The notes under the pieces: model-generated | The model's input: only the letters and a program-made list of their open reading frames with translations | Told to the model about the DNA's origin: nothing | Database searches by the model: none | Shown: piece by piece, positions 1 through 9,106 of the stretch | Layout of the letters: each line of letters opens with the position of its first letter | Numbering within the stretch: the first letter of the stretch is position 1 | Translations under genes and position numbers: made by a program | DNA from: Bdellovibrionia bacterium | GTDB lineage: Bacteria > Bdellovibrionota > UBA1018 | Direction of reading: 5' to 3' | DNA: 52,971 nt | NCBI GenBank assembly: GCA_049424145.1 | Contig: JBMSSC010000003.1 | Coordinates: 1-52,971 of the forward strand

Positions 1-143
1 CCCCCCCGCTGATTTTGAAGAACTTGGGGCTGCCCGTCTTGGACAATCGCAACCAAGCTATTGGTGGTCCCCAGATCAATGCCCACAATCGGATCCGAAG
101 CCCGCTTAGGAGGTGCTGCTAAATTTTCAATTTGAATTGGCAT
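1..143 (-). CDS. hscA: Fe-S chaperone HscA (Hsp70 family), 5' end only, runs off the window
   Basis: Not in the ORF track. Manual translation from ATG at 143 gives MPIQIENLAAPPKRASDPIVGIDLGTTNSLVAIV, containing the Hsp70 GIDLGTTNS motif. Overlaps the hscB stop at the end of an isc operon. Confidence 0.88.
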   Translation of the reverse strand, partial: MPIQIENLAAPPKRASDPIVGIDLGTTNSLVAIVQDGQPQVLQNQRG

Positions 144-810
144 TTTTTTTCAATCGCTCCCCATCTCGTTCGATGGATCTCAGATAGGTTTCTGTTTGCA
201 TTTGCCGCTTGAGCTCAAGCAGGATTGGGTAGGCCGAATCCGAGTTTTGATCCAGACTGTCATAACGGTGCTCTAAATCCGTTATGTGCTGAGCTAAGGT
301 TTTCATTTTCTCCGTGAGCTGGACTTGAAACTGAGCCAAAAGACTCTGCGCCTGCTCAGGATGCTCAAACAGTTCTTCTTGAAGTTCAAACCAGGCCTGC
401 GAAATCTCCAAGGAGTCCTCAGAAAGCCCTGCCTGCGAGGGGCGAGAGGAAGCAGGAGACTGGTTTTTCTCGCCCGGAGGTGAGACCTGGCTGACTAAAA
501 ACGCTCGCAACGAGGCTCGATGACTCAAGGTCGAGTAGGCTTGGTTGATCCAACTCATTCGTGCCAGCGATAAGGCTTGATCGTCGGAAGACTGATTCGT
601 GAATCGATCCGGGTGCAACAACCGCGAGAGCTGATAGAACCGGATCTCCAGCTCGGAGAAATCCAAGGCAAACTTCCTGGGCATTCCAAACACACGGAAG
701 GGATCCTCACCCTCTAAAACCGGCTGAGGCCTTCCACAGTGGGAACAAACGCTTAGGGCCAAAAAGCCCTCGAGCACTCCACGACAAAATGCGCACATCC
801 CTGGCTTCAC
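127..810 (-). CDS. hscB: Fe-S co-chaperone HscB (J-domain) with N-terminal tetracysteine module
   Basis: J-domain HPD motif (LHPDRF), INQAYSTL, CAFC...CSHC N-terminus, position between iscA and hscA. Confidence 0.9.
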   Translation of the reverse strand: MKPGMCAFCRGVLEGFLALSVCSHCGRPQPVLEGEDPFRVFGMPRKFALDFSELEIRFYQLSRLLHPDRFTNQSSDDQALSLARMSWINQAYSTLSHRASLRAFLVSQVSPPGEKNQSPASSRPSQAGLSEDSLEISQAWFELQEELFEHPEQAQSLLAQFQVQLTEKMKTLAQHITDLEHRYDSLDQNSDSAYPILLELKRQMQTETYLRSIERDGERLKKNANSN

Positions 811-820
811 GAACGCTCAC

Positions 821-1150
821 TTAGGCTGAGAAGCTTGAGCCACAACCACAGGTTCTTTTGGCATTCGGATTGTTAAATACAAACCCCGTGCCGTTTAACC
901 CATCGGAGAAATCAAGCTCCGTGCCTGAAAGATAGAGAAACGACTTAGAATCACAAACTAAAGTGACCCCGTCTTTTTCAAAAATCTTATCATGGGCTGC
1001 AGGAGGCTGATCATCAAAGCCGAGTTTGTAACTCATGCCGGAGCATCCCCCTCCCACGACCATCACCCGAAGCAACGAGTGGGTTGCCGTGGGGTCCTTC
1101 TCCTTTAAACGCTTAATTTCTTGAACTGCTTTATCGGTCACTTGAATCAT
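821..1150 (-). CDS. iscA: A-type Fe-S carrier IscA
   Basis: GGCSG and CGCGSSF motifs; isc operon context. Confidence 0.95.
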   Translation of the reverse strand: MIQVTDKAVQEIKRLKEKDPTATHSLLRVMVVGGGCSGMSYKLGFDDQPPAAHDKIFEKDGVTLVCDSKSFLYLSGTELDFSDGLNGTGFVFNNPNAKRTCGCGSSFSA

Positions 1151-1542
1151 GCGGATTTGACCTCCTTTTTCTTTAAGTAATCAGAAATCGCTGCTTTAAT
1201 GGCATCTTCAGCCAAAACCGAGCAGTGAATCTTAATGGGCGGAAGGGAGAGCTCTTGAACAATGTCCGTATTCTTAATACTCAGGGCCTGCTCAATGGTC
1301 TTACCCTTAATCCATTCCGTCGCCAAAGAGGAGCTCGCAATCGCACTTCCACATCCAAACGTCTTAAACTTGGCATCCTTGATGATGCCTGTTTTCTCAT
1401 CCACTTCTACTTGAAGCTTCATGACGTCTCCACACTCAGGAGCTCCCACTAAACCCGTTCCCACTTGGGATGAGTTTTTATCCAAAGAACCCACGTTTCT
1501 CGGATTTTCATAGTGATCAATCACTTTTTTCGTATAGGCCAT
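1147..1542 (-). CDS. iscU: Fe-S scaffold IscU
   Basis: DHYENPRNVG, GAPECGD, FGCGSAIASSS, LPPIKIHCS motifs. Confidence 0.97.
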   Translation of the reverse strand: MAYTKKVIDHYENPRNVGSLDKNSSQVGTGLVGAPECGDVMKLQVEVDEKTGIIKDAKFKTFGCGSAIASSSLATEWIKGKTIEQALSIKNTDIVQELSLPPIKIHCSVLAEDAIKAAISDYLKKKEVKSA

Positions 1543-1652
1543 GTTCTATCTCCTCGTCTGAATTCAATCCATCGATCGAGTTTTCATGGGCTGCACTCCC
1601 TTAGAAGTCCAGCCGTCTTACTTGAAAACCCACTTCTGCTGTTTCACTTCAA

Positions 1653-2867
1653 TTAATGCCCCGTCCAACTCACGGACTTTAAATCAATGCCCTCTTTCAC
1701 CATCTCGTACAACGGCGAGAGATCTCGAAGTTTTTTCACCGTACTGATGACTTTCTCAAGCGTAAAATCAATCTCCTCATCCGTTGTGAAACGGCCCAAA
1801 CCAAAGCGAATACTGGTGTGCGCCAAATCCTCACCCACGCCAATGTGCTTCAGCACATAAGAAGGCTCAAGACTGGCTGAAGTGCACGCCGAACCACTGG
1901 AGACGGCAAGCTCCTTCATTCCCATCATGAGGGACTCTCCTTCGACAAACGCAAAGCTCACGTTTAAGTTATTAGGCAACCGCTCGGTGGGATGACCATT
2001 GAGGTACACCTCATCTAAATGAGCCTGAATCCCTTCCCAAAGTCGATCCCGAAGTCTTTGGATCCGGGGAACTTCAGTGGACATCAGAGTTTGAGCAAGC
2101 TCAGCTGCTTTTCCAAAACCCACAATTCCTGGAACATTTAAAGTCCCTGAACGCATGCCACGCTCATGACCACCTCCATGAATCATGGCCGAGAGCCTGA
2201 CTCTTGGGTTTTTTCTTCGAACAAAAAGAGCTCCAATGCCTTTAGGACCGTAAATCTTATGCGCCGTTAACGAGAGGAGATCAATGCCCATCTGCTGAAC
2301 ATCAATCGGGGTTTTTCCAATGGCTTGCACGGCATCGGTATGAAACAAAATCCCGCGCTCTTTACAAATCTTTCCAATCTCAGCCAAGGGATTGATCGTT
2401 CCAATCTCGTTATTGGCTGCCATGATGGATACTAAAATGGTCTTTGGGGTGATGGCGTTTTTTAATGCCTCAGGACTCACTTGCCCGTATTGATCCACGG
2501 GTAAAAACGTGACATCGAAGCCCTTTTTTTGGAGCGCCTGACACGTATCTAACACGGCCTTATGCTCAATGCAGGAAGTGATGATGTGATTGCCTTTTTC
2601 TTGGGCCATCTCAGCCACCCCGACGAGCGCAAGATTATTGCTCTCCGTCGCCCCGCTGGTGAAGATGATTTCCTTTTCTGAGGCCCCAATGAGGCTTGCA
2701 ATCTGCTTTCGGGCTTTCTCCACAGCAGCCTCAGCCGTCCAACCAAACTCATGGTTTCGACTCGAGGCATTGCCAAAGACGTCGGTAAAATAAGGCGTCA
2801 TGGCTTTAAAAACCTCAGGATCAACCGGACAAGTGGCGTGGTAGTCTAAGTAAATTGGAAATTTCAT
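1653..2867 (-). CDS. iscS: Cysteine desulfurase IscS
   Basis: [23 protein letters not shown] (PLP lysine), SSGSACTS (catalytic Cys). Confidence 0.97.
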   Translation of the reverse strand: MKFPIYLDYHATCPVDPEVFKAMTPYFTDVFGNASSRNHEFGWTAEAAVEKARKQIASLIGASEKEIIFTSGATESNNLALVGVAEMAQEKGNHIITSCIEHKAVLDTCQALQKKGFDVTFLPVDQYGQVSPEALKNAITPKTILVSIMAANNEIGTINPLAEIGKICKERGILFHTDAVQAIGKTPIDVQQMGIDLLSLTAHKIYGPKGIGALFVRRKNPRVRLSAMIHGGGHERGMRSGTLNVPGIVGFGKAAELAQTLMSTEVPRIQRLRDRLWEGIQAHLDEVYLNGHPTERLPNNLNVSFAFVEGESLMMGMKELAVSSGSACTSASLEPSYVLKHIGVGEDLAHTSIRFGLGRFTTDEEIDFTLEKVISTVKKLRDLSPLYEMVKEGIDLKSVSWTGH

Positions 2868-3373
2868 TTCACATCTTCCTTTTGAGTTTTCTCGAACCGG
2901 GGCTCAAGCTGGGATCTATGAACCGACTGAACCTCAGTTCCTTGAGCTAAATCAGCTAAGCGGATGCCGGATAAAAAATTCACTAACCGGAGATTCAGGT
3001 CATTCATCAAAACCTTAATCTCACAGCGAATTCCATATTCACACTCACTGGCTGCAGGCCCTCCAGCAACGGAGCAGGCCACAACCGACTGGGGCCCCTC
3101 CATCAGCTCTAAAAACTCAGCTAGGGTAATCTCACTCAACGGTCGCTGCAGGAGATACCCTCCTTTTGCTCCATGAGCCGATTGGATTAAACCTGCTTCT
3201 TTTAAACGCTGAAGGGTCTTGGCTGTGATCTCAAAGGGCAGACCATACGAGTCGGCAATCTCGCGCGCACTCGTCCACAGTTCAGAGCTGCCTGACTGAG
3301 CTTGCAATCGCTTTCGACTCATATGACGGAGTGCCATTAAGCCGTATTCTGTGGTTTTGTTGAGCCGGATCAT
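2864..3373 (-). CDS. iscR: Rrf2-family Fe-S transcriptional regulator (IscR-like)
   Basis: Rrf2 wHTH ([13 protein letters not shown]), three C-terminal Cys, first gene of the isc operon. Confidence 0.8.
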   Translation of the reverse strand: MIRLNKTTEYGLMALRHMSRKRLQAQSGSSELWTSAREIADSYGLPFEITAKTLQRLKEAGLIQSAHGAKGGYLLQRPLSEITLAEFLELMEGPQSVVACSVAGGPAASECEYGIRCEIKVLMNDLNLRLVNFLSGIRLADLAQGTEVQSVHRSQLEPRFEKTQKEDVK

Positions 3374-3387
3374 AAACGAAGACCCTC

Positions 3388-3412
3388 ATATACGATATTA
3401 AGAGTCCGAATT
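3388..3412. promoter_or_regulatory. Second, imperfect candidate Rrf2/IscR operator next to the iscR ribosome-binding site
   Basis: ATATACGAT-ATTAAGA-GTCCGAATT shares an identical 9-bp half-site with the palindrome at 3484-3508. Confidence 0.5.
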
Positions 3413-3483
3413 CAACTGAAACTTCCCTGCTCCGCCTGCTCCCCGCCCCCTCTTATTTTTTGGGCCTCACTCCCTGAGTTTTT

Positions 3484-3508
3484 ATATACGATTTATTTTA
3501 TCGTATAT
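3484..3508. promoter_or_regulatory. Candidate Rrf2/IscR operator (25-bp 9-7-9 inverted repeat) overlapping a TTGATA -35-like hexamer on the minus strand
   Basis: ATATACGAT-TTATTTT-ATCGTATAT; same length and ATA...GA...TC...TAT framework as IscR type 1 sites. Confidence 0.7.
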
Positions 3509-3750
3509 CAACACCCCTGTCCAGGGACCCCTGGTTTTCGAGAGTTCTTGATCCTAATTTTCCTTATGATTTAAACCAGTTAAACCAAATCACCCTCCCG
3601 ATTTGAGCTCAAAAACCGGCTTAAAAATAGATTTCAAGTGGAACATGAACTCGAGTTGTGCTAGGGTCTCCCTCCGAATGTTTGTCGCGTCAGAGTCTGC
3701 GAGCATAGTGCTCTATCCTCTTTAGCGGCCCCTAGCCTTAAGGAGGTTCC

Positions 3751-4083
3751 ATGGGTAAAAAGTTATATGTCGGTAATTTGCCTTTTTCTGCAACCGAGCA
3801 AGTGTTGTCAGATACGTTCTCTCAGTGCGGAAAAGTTGAGTCCGTCCGAATCATTACGGATCGTGACTCGGGTCGAAGCAAAGGCTTCGGCTTTGTTGAA
3901 ATGTCCACGGAAGCTGAAGCAGCCGATGCGATTGCTAAATTTGATGGGGCAGACTACAGCGGTCGAGCCATGACGGTGAACATTGCACGCCCCATGGTTC
4001 CACGCGAAGGCGGCGGAGGCGGACGCGGTGGTTTTGGTGGCGGCGGACGCGGTGGCAGACCCAGCGGCGGTGGACGCTTCTAA
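3751..4083 (+). CDS. RRM (RNP-1) RNA-binding protein with glycine/arginine-rich tail
   Basis: LYVGNL (RNP2), KGFGFVEM (RNP1), RGG-rich C-terminus, strong AAGGAGG RBS. Confidence 0.95.
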   Translation: MGKKLYVGNLPFSATEQVLSDTFSQCGKVESVRIITDRDSGRSKGFGFVEMSTEAEAADAIAKFDGADYSGRAMTVNIARPMVPREGGGGGRGGFGGGGRGGRPSGGGRF

Positions 4084-4243
4084 GACTCCTCTTGCTCGCT
4101 TCAAACCCGATCCATAAGGACTGAAAAACCTCAGTCTTCCTCTCCTTCTCGTTCCCTCTCCTTTTCGTTCAACGATGAGAGGCATCAGGCTGATGAGAGC
4201 TTCTTGGTCCTTCATCGGTTTTTAGCCAAGAATAAAAAAATAC

Positions 4244-4284
4244 ACCCCGCAAATCTTGGTAATCGCAACTCAGATTTGCGGGGT
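4244..4284 (-). terminator. Intrinsic terminator downstream of psd (between convergent genes)
   Basis: 13-bp perfect stem ACCCCGCAAATCT/AGATTTGCGGGGT followed on the minus strand by GTATTTTTTT. Confidence 0.7.
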
Positions 4285-4288
4285 CATT

Positions 4289-4360
4289 GAAAAGACTCAA
4301 AGAAAAGACTCAAAGACAAAGAGCTGAAAAGCCCTGACCTCTTTGAGTCTTTTGTCTTTT
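4289..4360. repeat. Tandem 13-bp repeat GAAAAGACTCAAA x2 plus an inverted copy forming a hairpin
   Basis: Copies at 4289-4301 and 4302-4314; complementary TCTTTGAGTCTTTT from about 4340. Confidence 0.6.
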
Positions 4361-5285
4361 AGTCGACACCCCTGAGCGGAGCCACGGCCACTCGCTCCCC
4401 TAATCGGACCCGACTCTCGCGTCCTTTTTGCGTCTGCTCCAGCAAGTCCGCATCCGGCCGCCACAAACCCGGTTCTCCTAAAACGATCACCGTTGATCCC
4501 CCAAACAAGAAGTAGCCTTTTTCCTGTCCTTTTTTAAACGCAGCCTGAGCGCTCACGGCACCTGAATTTGAACCAAACGTCTGAACAATTCGCCCCACAC
4601 ACAGCGCCCCCACCTCAACGAAGGCGAGATTCCCAAAGTGTTCGGTCTTCAGTAAAGAGACCTGCCTTTCATTGGTAATCAAAATCTCAGGCTTCGCTTG
4701 GAGAGCCAATGGGTTCACCGAATGAAGCTTTCCTGAGATGGTGTACTGCTTGAGAACCTCACCTGAATCGGGAAAGTGAAACCGATGATAATCCGTGGGA
4801 CAAAGACGAGCCAAAAGCATGGGCCCACCCTCAAAAACTTTTGCGTTGGACTCATCCCCCAGAAGGGCTGAAGCCGAAAGCCATTTGCCTTTGACCGGAA
4901 ACCGCTCCTCTAAACCCACCTTCTCATAGGCCAGGTACCGGGCCTCAGCAAAGGCGCCCATTTCATTGTCTGCCGAAACAAACTCTCTCTGACCGGGTTT
5001 AAATTGACGAATAAAAAACTCGTTAAAGTTCAAAAAAGGCCCGGGCTCAAACTCCTCCATGGGAATTTGAAACTTCTTGACAAAGGCGTCCACCTTTCGA
5101 GCACTGAAGCGAGTGTCTTGATAGCGCCCCACCACTTGACTGACCCAAGACCGACTGAGGAATTGATCTGCTAATTTTTTTCCCACCGACGTCCCATAGA
5201 GAAACTGCACCCAAGCGTCCCCAAAGACTTGCTCCACTTCTTCCTTCCCCTGCTGACGATTCCAAACCACAATTGATTTTTCCAC
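4359..5285 (-). CDS. psd: Phosphatidylserine decarboxylase proenzyme
   Basis: FNEFFIR, RLCPTDYHRFHFP, VGALCVG and GGST self-cleavage motif. Confidence 0.93.
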   Translation of the reverse strand: MEKSIVVWNRQQGKEEVEQVFGDAWVQFLYGTSVGKKLADQFLSRSWVSQVVGRYQDTRFSARKVDAFVKKFQIPMEEFEPGPFLNFNEFFIRQFKPGQREFVSADNEMGAFAEARYLAYEKVGLEERFPVKGKWLSASALLGDESNAKVFEGGPMLLARLCPTDYHRFHFPDSGEVLKQYTISGKLHSVNPLALQAKPEILITNERQVSLLKTEHFGNLAFVEVGALCVGRIVQTFGSNSGAVSAQAAFKKGQEKGYFLFGGSTVIVLGEPGLWRPDADLLEQTQKGRESRVRLGERVAVAPLRGVD

Positions 5286-5347
5286 GGCTTGCCTACTTTC
5301 GTTCCCTTGCGCCCCGGCCTCTCATCAGCGTCAAAACGACTGCGTTT

Positions 5348-6178
5348 TCAGGAGATTGGCTCAGCCGGCGCTGTGACTTGTTGCCTGAGTTTTCTGCTCC
5401 GATCGGAGGCAGCTAACACGGCTTTGATTAATGTGACTCTCAGCTTGCCTTCTTCTAATGCCATGAGTCCATCAATCGTACAACCGGCCGGAGTAGTCAC
5501 TTCGTCTTTTAACGAAGCTGGATGCACATTTCTCTGAAGCGCCATTTCAGAGGCCCCGGCCAAGGTCTGAGCGGCAAGCACCGTGGATAACTCACGCGGA
5601 AGCCCAAGCTTCACCCCGGCCTCACTGAGCGCCTCGATGATCAAATACACATAGGCAGGGCCACATCCGCTTAACCCGGTTGCAGCGTCCATCAAAGACT
5701 CATCCACCACGGCTGTCCGACCCAAGAACCCAAAAATTTCCCGCGCCCGATCCAAATGCGAAGAGAGTACCCTGGCCCCGGCACACAGAACCGTCATTCC
5801 CTGGCCCACCAGACAGGGCGTATTGGGCATCGCCCGAATCACAGGCACCCGATTCTGCGACCAAGCCGTCAGCTGCTCCGTTGTGACCGATGCAGCGATG
5901 GAAATTAATAGCTGATCCGAGTTCAGACTGAAGGCCACCTCTTTCAGCACCTTTTGCGCCTGATGCGGCTTCACACACAGTAAAACCACCTGGGCTTGAT
6001 CCACCACCCAAGCATTCTGAGTCGAGCAAGAAATGCCCAAGGCCTGAGACCCCAGTTTGGCTTTTTCTTCGGTTCGCGTGCTCGCCAGCACCTGAAACGC
6101 GGGAGACTGCTTGGATTGCTGGAGCCCGCGCGCGATAGCCTCGCCCATCTGACCTAAACCTATGATCCCAACCCTCAT
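5348..6178 (-). CDS. proC: Pyrroline-5-carboxylate reductase
   Basis: GLGQMG Rossmann motif, RAMPNTP, SGCGPAY, VTTPAGCT. Confidence 0.96.
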   Translation of the reverse strand: MRVGIIGLGQMGEAIARGLQQSKQSPAFQVLASTRTEEKAKLGSQALGISCSTQNAWVVDQAQVVLLCVKPHQAQKVLKEVAFSLNSDQLLISIAASVTTEQLTAWSQNRVPVIRAMPNTPCLVGQGMTVLCAGARVLSSHLDRAREIFGFLGRTAVVDESLMDAATGLSGCGPAYVYLIIEALSEAGVKLGLPRELSTVLAAQTLAGASEMALQRNVHPASLKDEVTTPAGCTIDGLMALEEGKLRVTLIKAVLAASDRSRKLRQQVTAPAEPIS

Positions 6179-6199
6179 GAGTCCCCCGATTCCGCTTCG

Positions 6200-7483
6200 T
6201 CAACTCGCTCGGATCTGACCTTGACCGCAGATGACCCACTTGGGCGTGGTTAAGGCTTCCAGACCCACCGGACCTCGCACGTGAAGCTTCTGTGTACTAA
6301 TGCCCAGCTCCCCTCCTAAGCCAAACTCAAACCCATCGGTGAACCGCGTGGAGGCGTTCCAGTACACCGCGGCACTGTCCACTTCCCTTTGAAACTGCTC
6401 GGCAACTTGGTGATTCTGCGTGAGGATTGCCTCACTGTGTCTTGAGCCGTGACGATCAATGTGCTCCATAGCCTCTTGCAAACTGGACACCACCCGACAG
6501 TTCATCTTCAGATCCAAGTACTCCTGATCCCAACTCCTTCGTGTGGCTTTTTGAGCAAAATCGCCCCACCCCCCCTGAGCAGCCAATGCATAGGACCGAG
6601 CACACAAAACCAGCTCCACCGAATGCGCTTTGAGCTCGGCAAACAACTGAGGCAAAAACAAAGAGGCAATCGATTGATGAACGAGCAGAGTCTCCATGGC
6701 ATTACACACCCCAGGCCTTTGGGTTTTTGCGTTTACCACCACTTCGCAGGCCATCTGCAAATCAGCCTTTTCATCCACATAAATATGACAGAGACCTCGA
6801 TCGTTTTTGATCATGGGAATCCTTGAGTGCCTCTCGACAAACTGAATGAGAGCTTCTCCACCGCGAGGAACCACCACATCAATCCACTGCTTTTGCTCAA
6901 GGAGACAACGGACCTCCGCTCGACTCAAGGAAGGAAGACCCCAAAGCACCTCCTTAGGCACTCCCTCAGCCGCAAGCGCCTCGTGCAACAAATCCATCAG
7001 CGCGCTCACCGTAAACTGAGACTCACGCCCCCCCTTTAAAATCATCGCATTACCCGCCTTAAAGCCCAAAGAGAAGGCCTCCACAGCCACGTTTGGCCTT
7101 GACTCAAAGATCATGAAGATCACCCCAAGGGGTGAGCGAACTTTTTGAAGCAGAAGTCCGTTTTTTAGTTTCTGAGAATCCACGATCTGACCTACAGGAT
7201 CGCGTGCCTGAGCCACACGACGTAAGCTCTGCCTCATCTGAGCCAAACGCCCAGGCGTCAACGTCAAACGATCACGAAACGATGCCCGGTGCTTGGCGTG
7301 GGAACTGAGATCCAAGGCTTTTAAGTCCCTCTGATTGGCTGTGAGAATCTCTGCCTGCCTCTGCTGAAGTAAGTCAGCTGCTCGCCTTAAGACTCGATTT
7401 CTCTGAGATGCGCGGCTGAGACGAAGAACCCCCCCTGCCGATCGGACTTGCTTTAATTGAGAGACGAGAGCTCGAGCACTCAT
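6200..7483 (-). CDS. proA: Gamma-glutamyl phosphate reductase
   Basis: IFESRPNV, PRGG, CNAMETLL, NASTRFTDG, GISTQKLHVRGP; start placed at ATG 7483 (ATGA overlap with the proB stop). Confidence 0.95.
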   Translation of the reverse strand: MSARALVSQLKQVRSAGGVLRLSRASQRNRVLRRAADLLQQRQAEILTANQRDLKALDLSSHAKHRASFRDRLTLTPGRLAQMRQSLRRVAQARDPVGQIVDSQKLKNGLLLQKVRSPLGVIFMIFESRPNVAVEAFSLGFKAGNAMILKGGRESQFTVSALMDLLHEALAAEGVPKEVLWGLPSLSRAEVRCLLEQKQWIDVVVPRGGEALIQFVERHSRIPMIKNDRGLCHIYVDEKADLQMACEVVVNAKTQRPGVCNAMETLLVHQSIASLFLPQLFAELKAHSVELVLCARSYALAAQGGWGDFAQKATRRSWDQEYLDLKMNCRVVSSLQEAMEHIDRHGSRHSEAILTQNHQVAEQFQREVDSAAVYWNASTRFTDGFEFGLGGELGISTQKLHVRGPVGLEALTTPKWVICGQGQIRAS

Positions 7484-8463
7484 GGAAGCACCTCCACGGA
7501 TTTTCTGGGACGAGAGGAAACCAGGAGCTTTTCCTTTTTTTTCCAACCTCGGGGCAATCCCGCGGGATTCCGCTTTTTAAACTGAGCCCTCACTCGAGTT
7601 CCCACCTGAAGCCCCTCTGCCACCTGCCCCAGGACTTCCGGTAAATCCCCCTTCACCAACCACGTCTCCACTCCGTTTTCAGACGCCTCACGAGCCGCCC
7701 TGAGCTTGGAGAACATCCCGCCCGTCCCACTGCTTGAGCCCGCCTGCTGAGGCATCCTGCCCAAGAGCTCGTCACTCACCTCATGTAAATCATGCAAAAG
7801 TTGGGCGTTCTCATGGGTTTTTGGATCATCATCATAAAGCCCATGAACATCCGTGAGGATCAATAAGCGCTCAGCCCTCGCATGAAAGGCCACTTTTGCG
7901 GACAACGAATCATTATCCCCAAACTGAATCTCATCATTGGAGACTACATCATTTTCATTGAGGATGGGAACCGCTCCCCAATGAAGAAGCTGCTCAAGGG
8001 TGGTTTTAAAATGACCTAAACGCTTCGGATTGACCAAGTCGTCATACGTCAACAGCACTTGAGCCCCCATCAATCCCTCAGCATGTAAAGCAAGGTTGTA
8101 CAAATCCATCACCAAGGGTTGACCAATAGCGCTTAAAGCTTGCTTCTCACTAATCTTACGATTTTTTTTTCGAAACCCCGTTCGAGCCACGGCACTCGCG
8201 ATCGCACCTGAGGTCACCCAGATCACTTCAATGCCGTATTTTTTTCTCAACCCTAAGACCTGCTTCATCCATCCACGAATGAGAAGCGGCCCTCCCGCAC
8301 ACACCAAGCTACTGCCGGATTTAATCACCCACCTTCTTCGGATTTTTCTTCCCTCTCCCCGAGGCAAGCGAATTCCCCGAGAAGTCGCTTGTTGCCTCGG
8401 AAGATGGAAGAGTTTTTGAGTTTTTAGACTTTGCTTTTTTTGATCTTGAATCCCCACACCCAT
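7480..8463 (-). CDS. proB: Glutamate 5-kinase (no PUA domain)
   Basis: VTSGAI, AIGQ, PILNEND, FGDND, GTGGM motifs; start uncertain. Confidence 0.93.
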   Translation of the reverse strand: MGVGIQDQKKQSLKTQKLFHLPRQQATSRGIRLPRGEGRKIRRRWVIKSGSSLVCAGGPLLIRGWMKQVLGLRKKYGIEVIWVTSGAIASAVARTGFRKKNRKISEKQALSAIGQPLVMDLYNLALHAEGLMGAQVLLTYDDLVNPKRLGHFKTTLEQLLHWGAVPILNENDVVSNDEIQFGDNDSLSAKVAFHARAERLLILTDVHGLYDDDPKTHENAQLLHDLHEVSDELLGRMPQQAGSSSGTGGMFSKLRAAREASENGVETWLVKGDLPEVLGQVAEGLQVGTRVRAQFKKRNPAGLPRGWKKKEKLLVSSRPRKSVEVLP

Positions 8464-8472
8464 AGAGCCTAG

Positions 8473-9024
8473 TTATATCAGATAAGGCCCCAATCCCTGA
8501 GATTTTCTAATGGCATCGGCCACTTCTCGTACTGCACCCCAGCCCCCATGACTCTCTGTGATGTAGTGGACGCGGGATTTCACTTGATCCACCGCATGAG
8601 GCACTGTCGCTGAAAAACCCACGCGTTCAATCACAGGGATGTCAAATAAATCATCCCCCATGAACGCCATCTGCTCAAGCGCAAGCCCTGTGGACTCAAC
8701 AATCTTTTCCAAGGCTTTTAACTTATCTTCATCCCCTAAGAAGACATGTTTGATTTTCAGAAACTCCATTCTCGATCGCACATCCTTGGAATCCCCACCG
8801 CTGATCACGGCGACATCAATTCCGGATCTCATGAGAACCTTTAACCCATACCCATCTTTGATATGAAAATGACGAGTCCACCCATGACCCTCGAGCCAAA
8901 AGATTCGGCCATCCGTCATCACACCATCCACATCGAGAATGAAGAGTTTAATTTTTTTCAATCGATCCTGAAGGTCTGTTGTTTCCAAAAGCTTGGCAGA
9001 AGCCACCGTACTGGTTTGCATCAT
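8473..9024 (-). CDS. kdsC: KDO-8-phosphate phosphatase (HAD)
   Basis: DVDGVMTDG, MGDDLFD, GGWGAVRE; follows kdsA. Confidence 0.9.
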   Translation of the reverse strand: MMQTSTVASAKLLETTDLQDRLKKIKLFILDVDGVMTDGRIFWLEGHGWTRHFHIKDGYGLKVLMRSGIDVAVISGGDSKDVRSRMEFLKIKHVFLGDEDKLKALEKIVESTGLALEQMAFMGDDLFDIPVIERVGFSATVPHAVDQVKSRVHYITESHGGWGAVREVADAIRKSQGLGPYLI

Positions 9025-9106
9025 GTTTCTCAGTCTCTTTCTTTATGCAGTTCAACGCCTTGAGCGCATTGCACTCCAGCATCGCTCAACTTGTTTTGCT
9101 CTGAGT

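Noticed and set aside
3660-3736. GCTAGGG/CCCTAGC pairing that could enclose a thermosensor-like leader of the RRM gene
   Set aside because: Only 7 bp, and the 5' arm coincides with a plausible extended -10 (TGCTAGGGT), so it may not be transcribed
3808-4215. 135-aa antisense ORF over the RRM gene, and the many other short overlapping ORFs in the track
   Set aside because: Shadow frames of well-supported genes with no recognisable motifs
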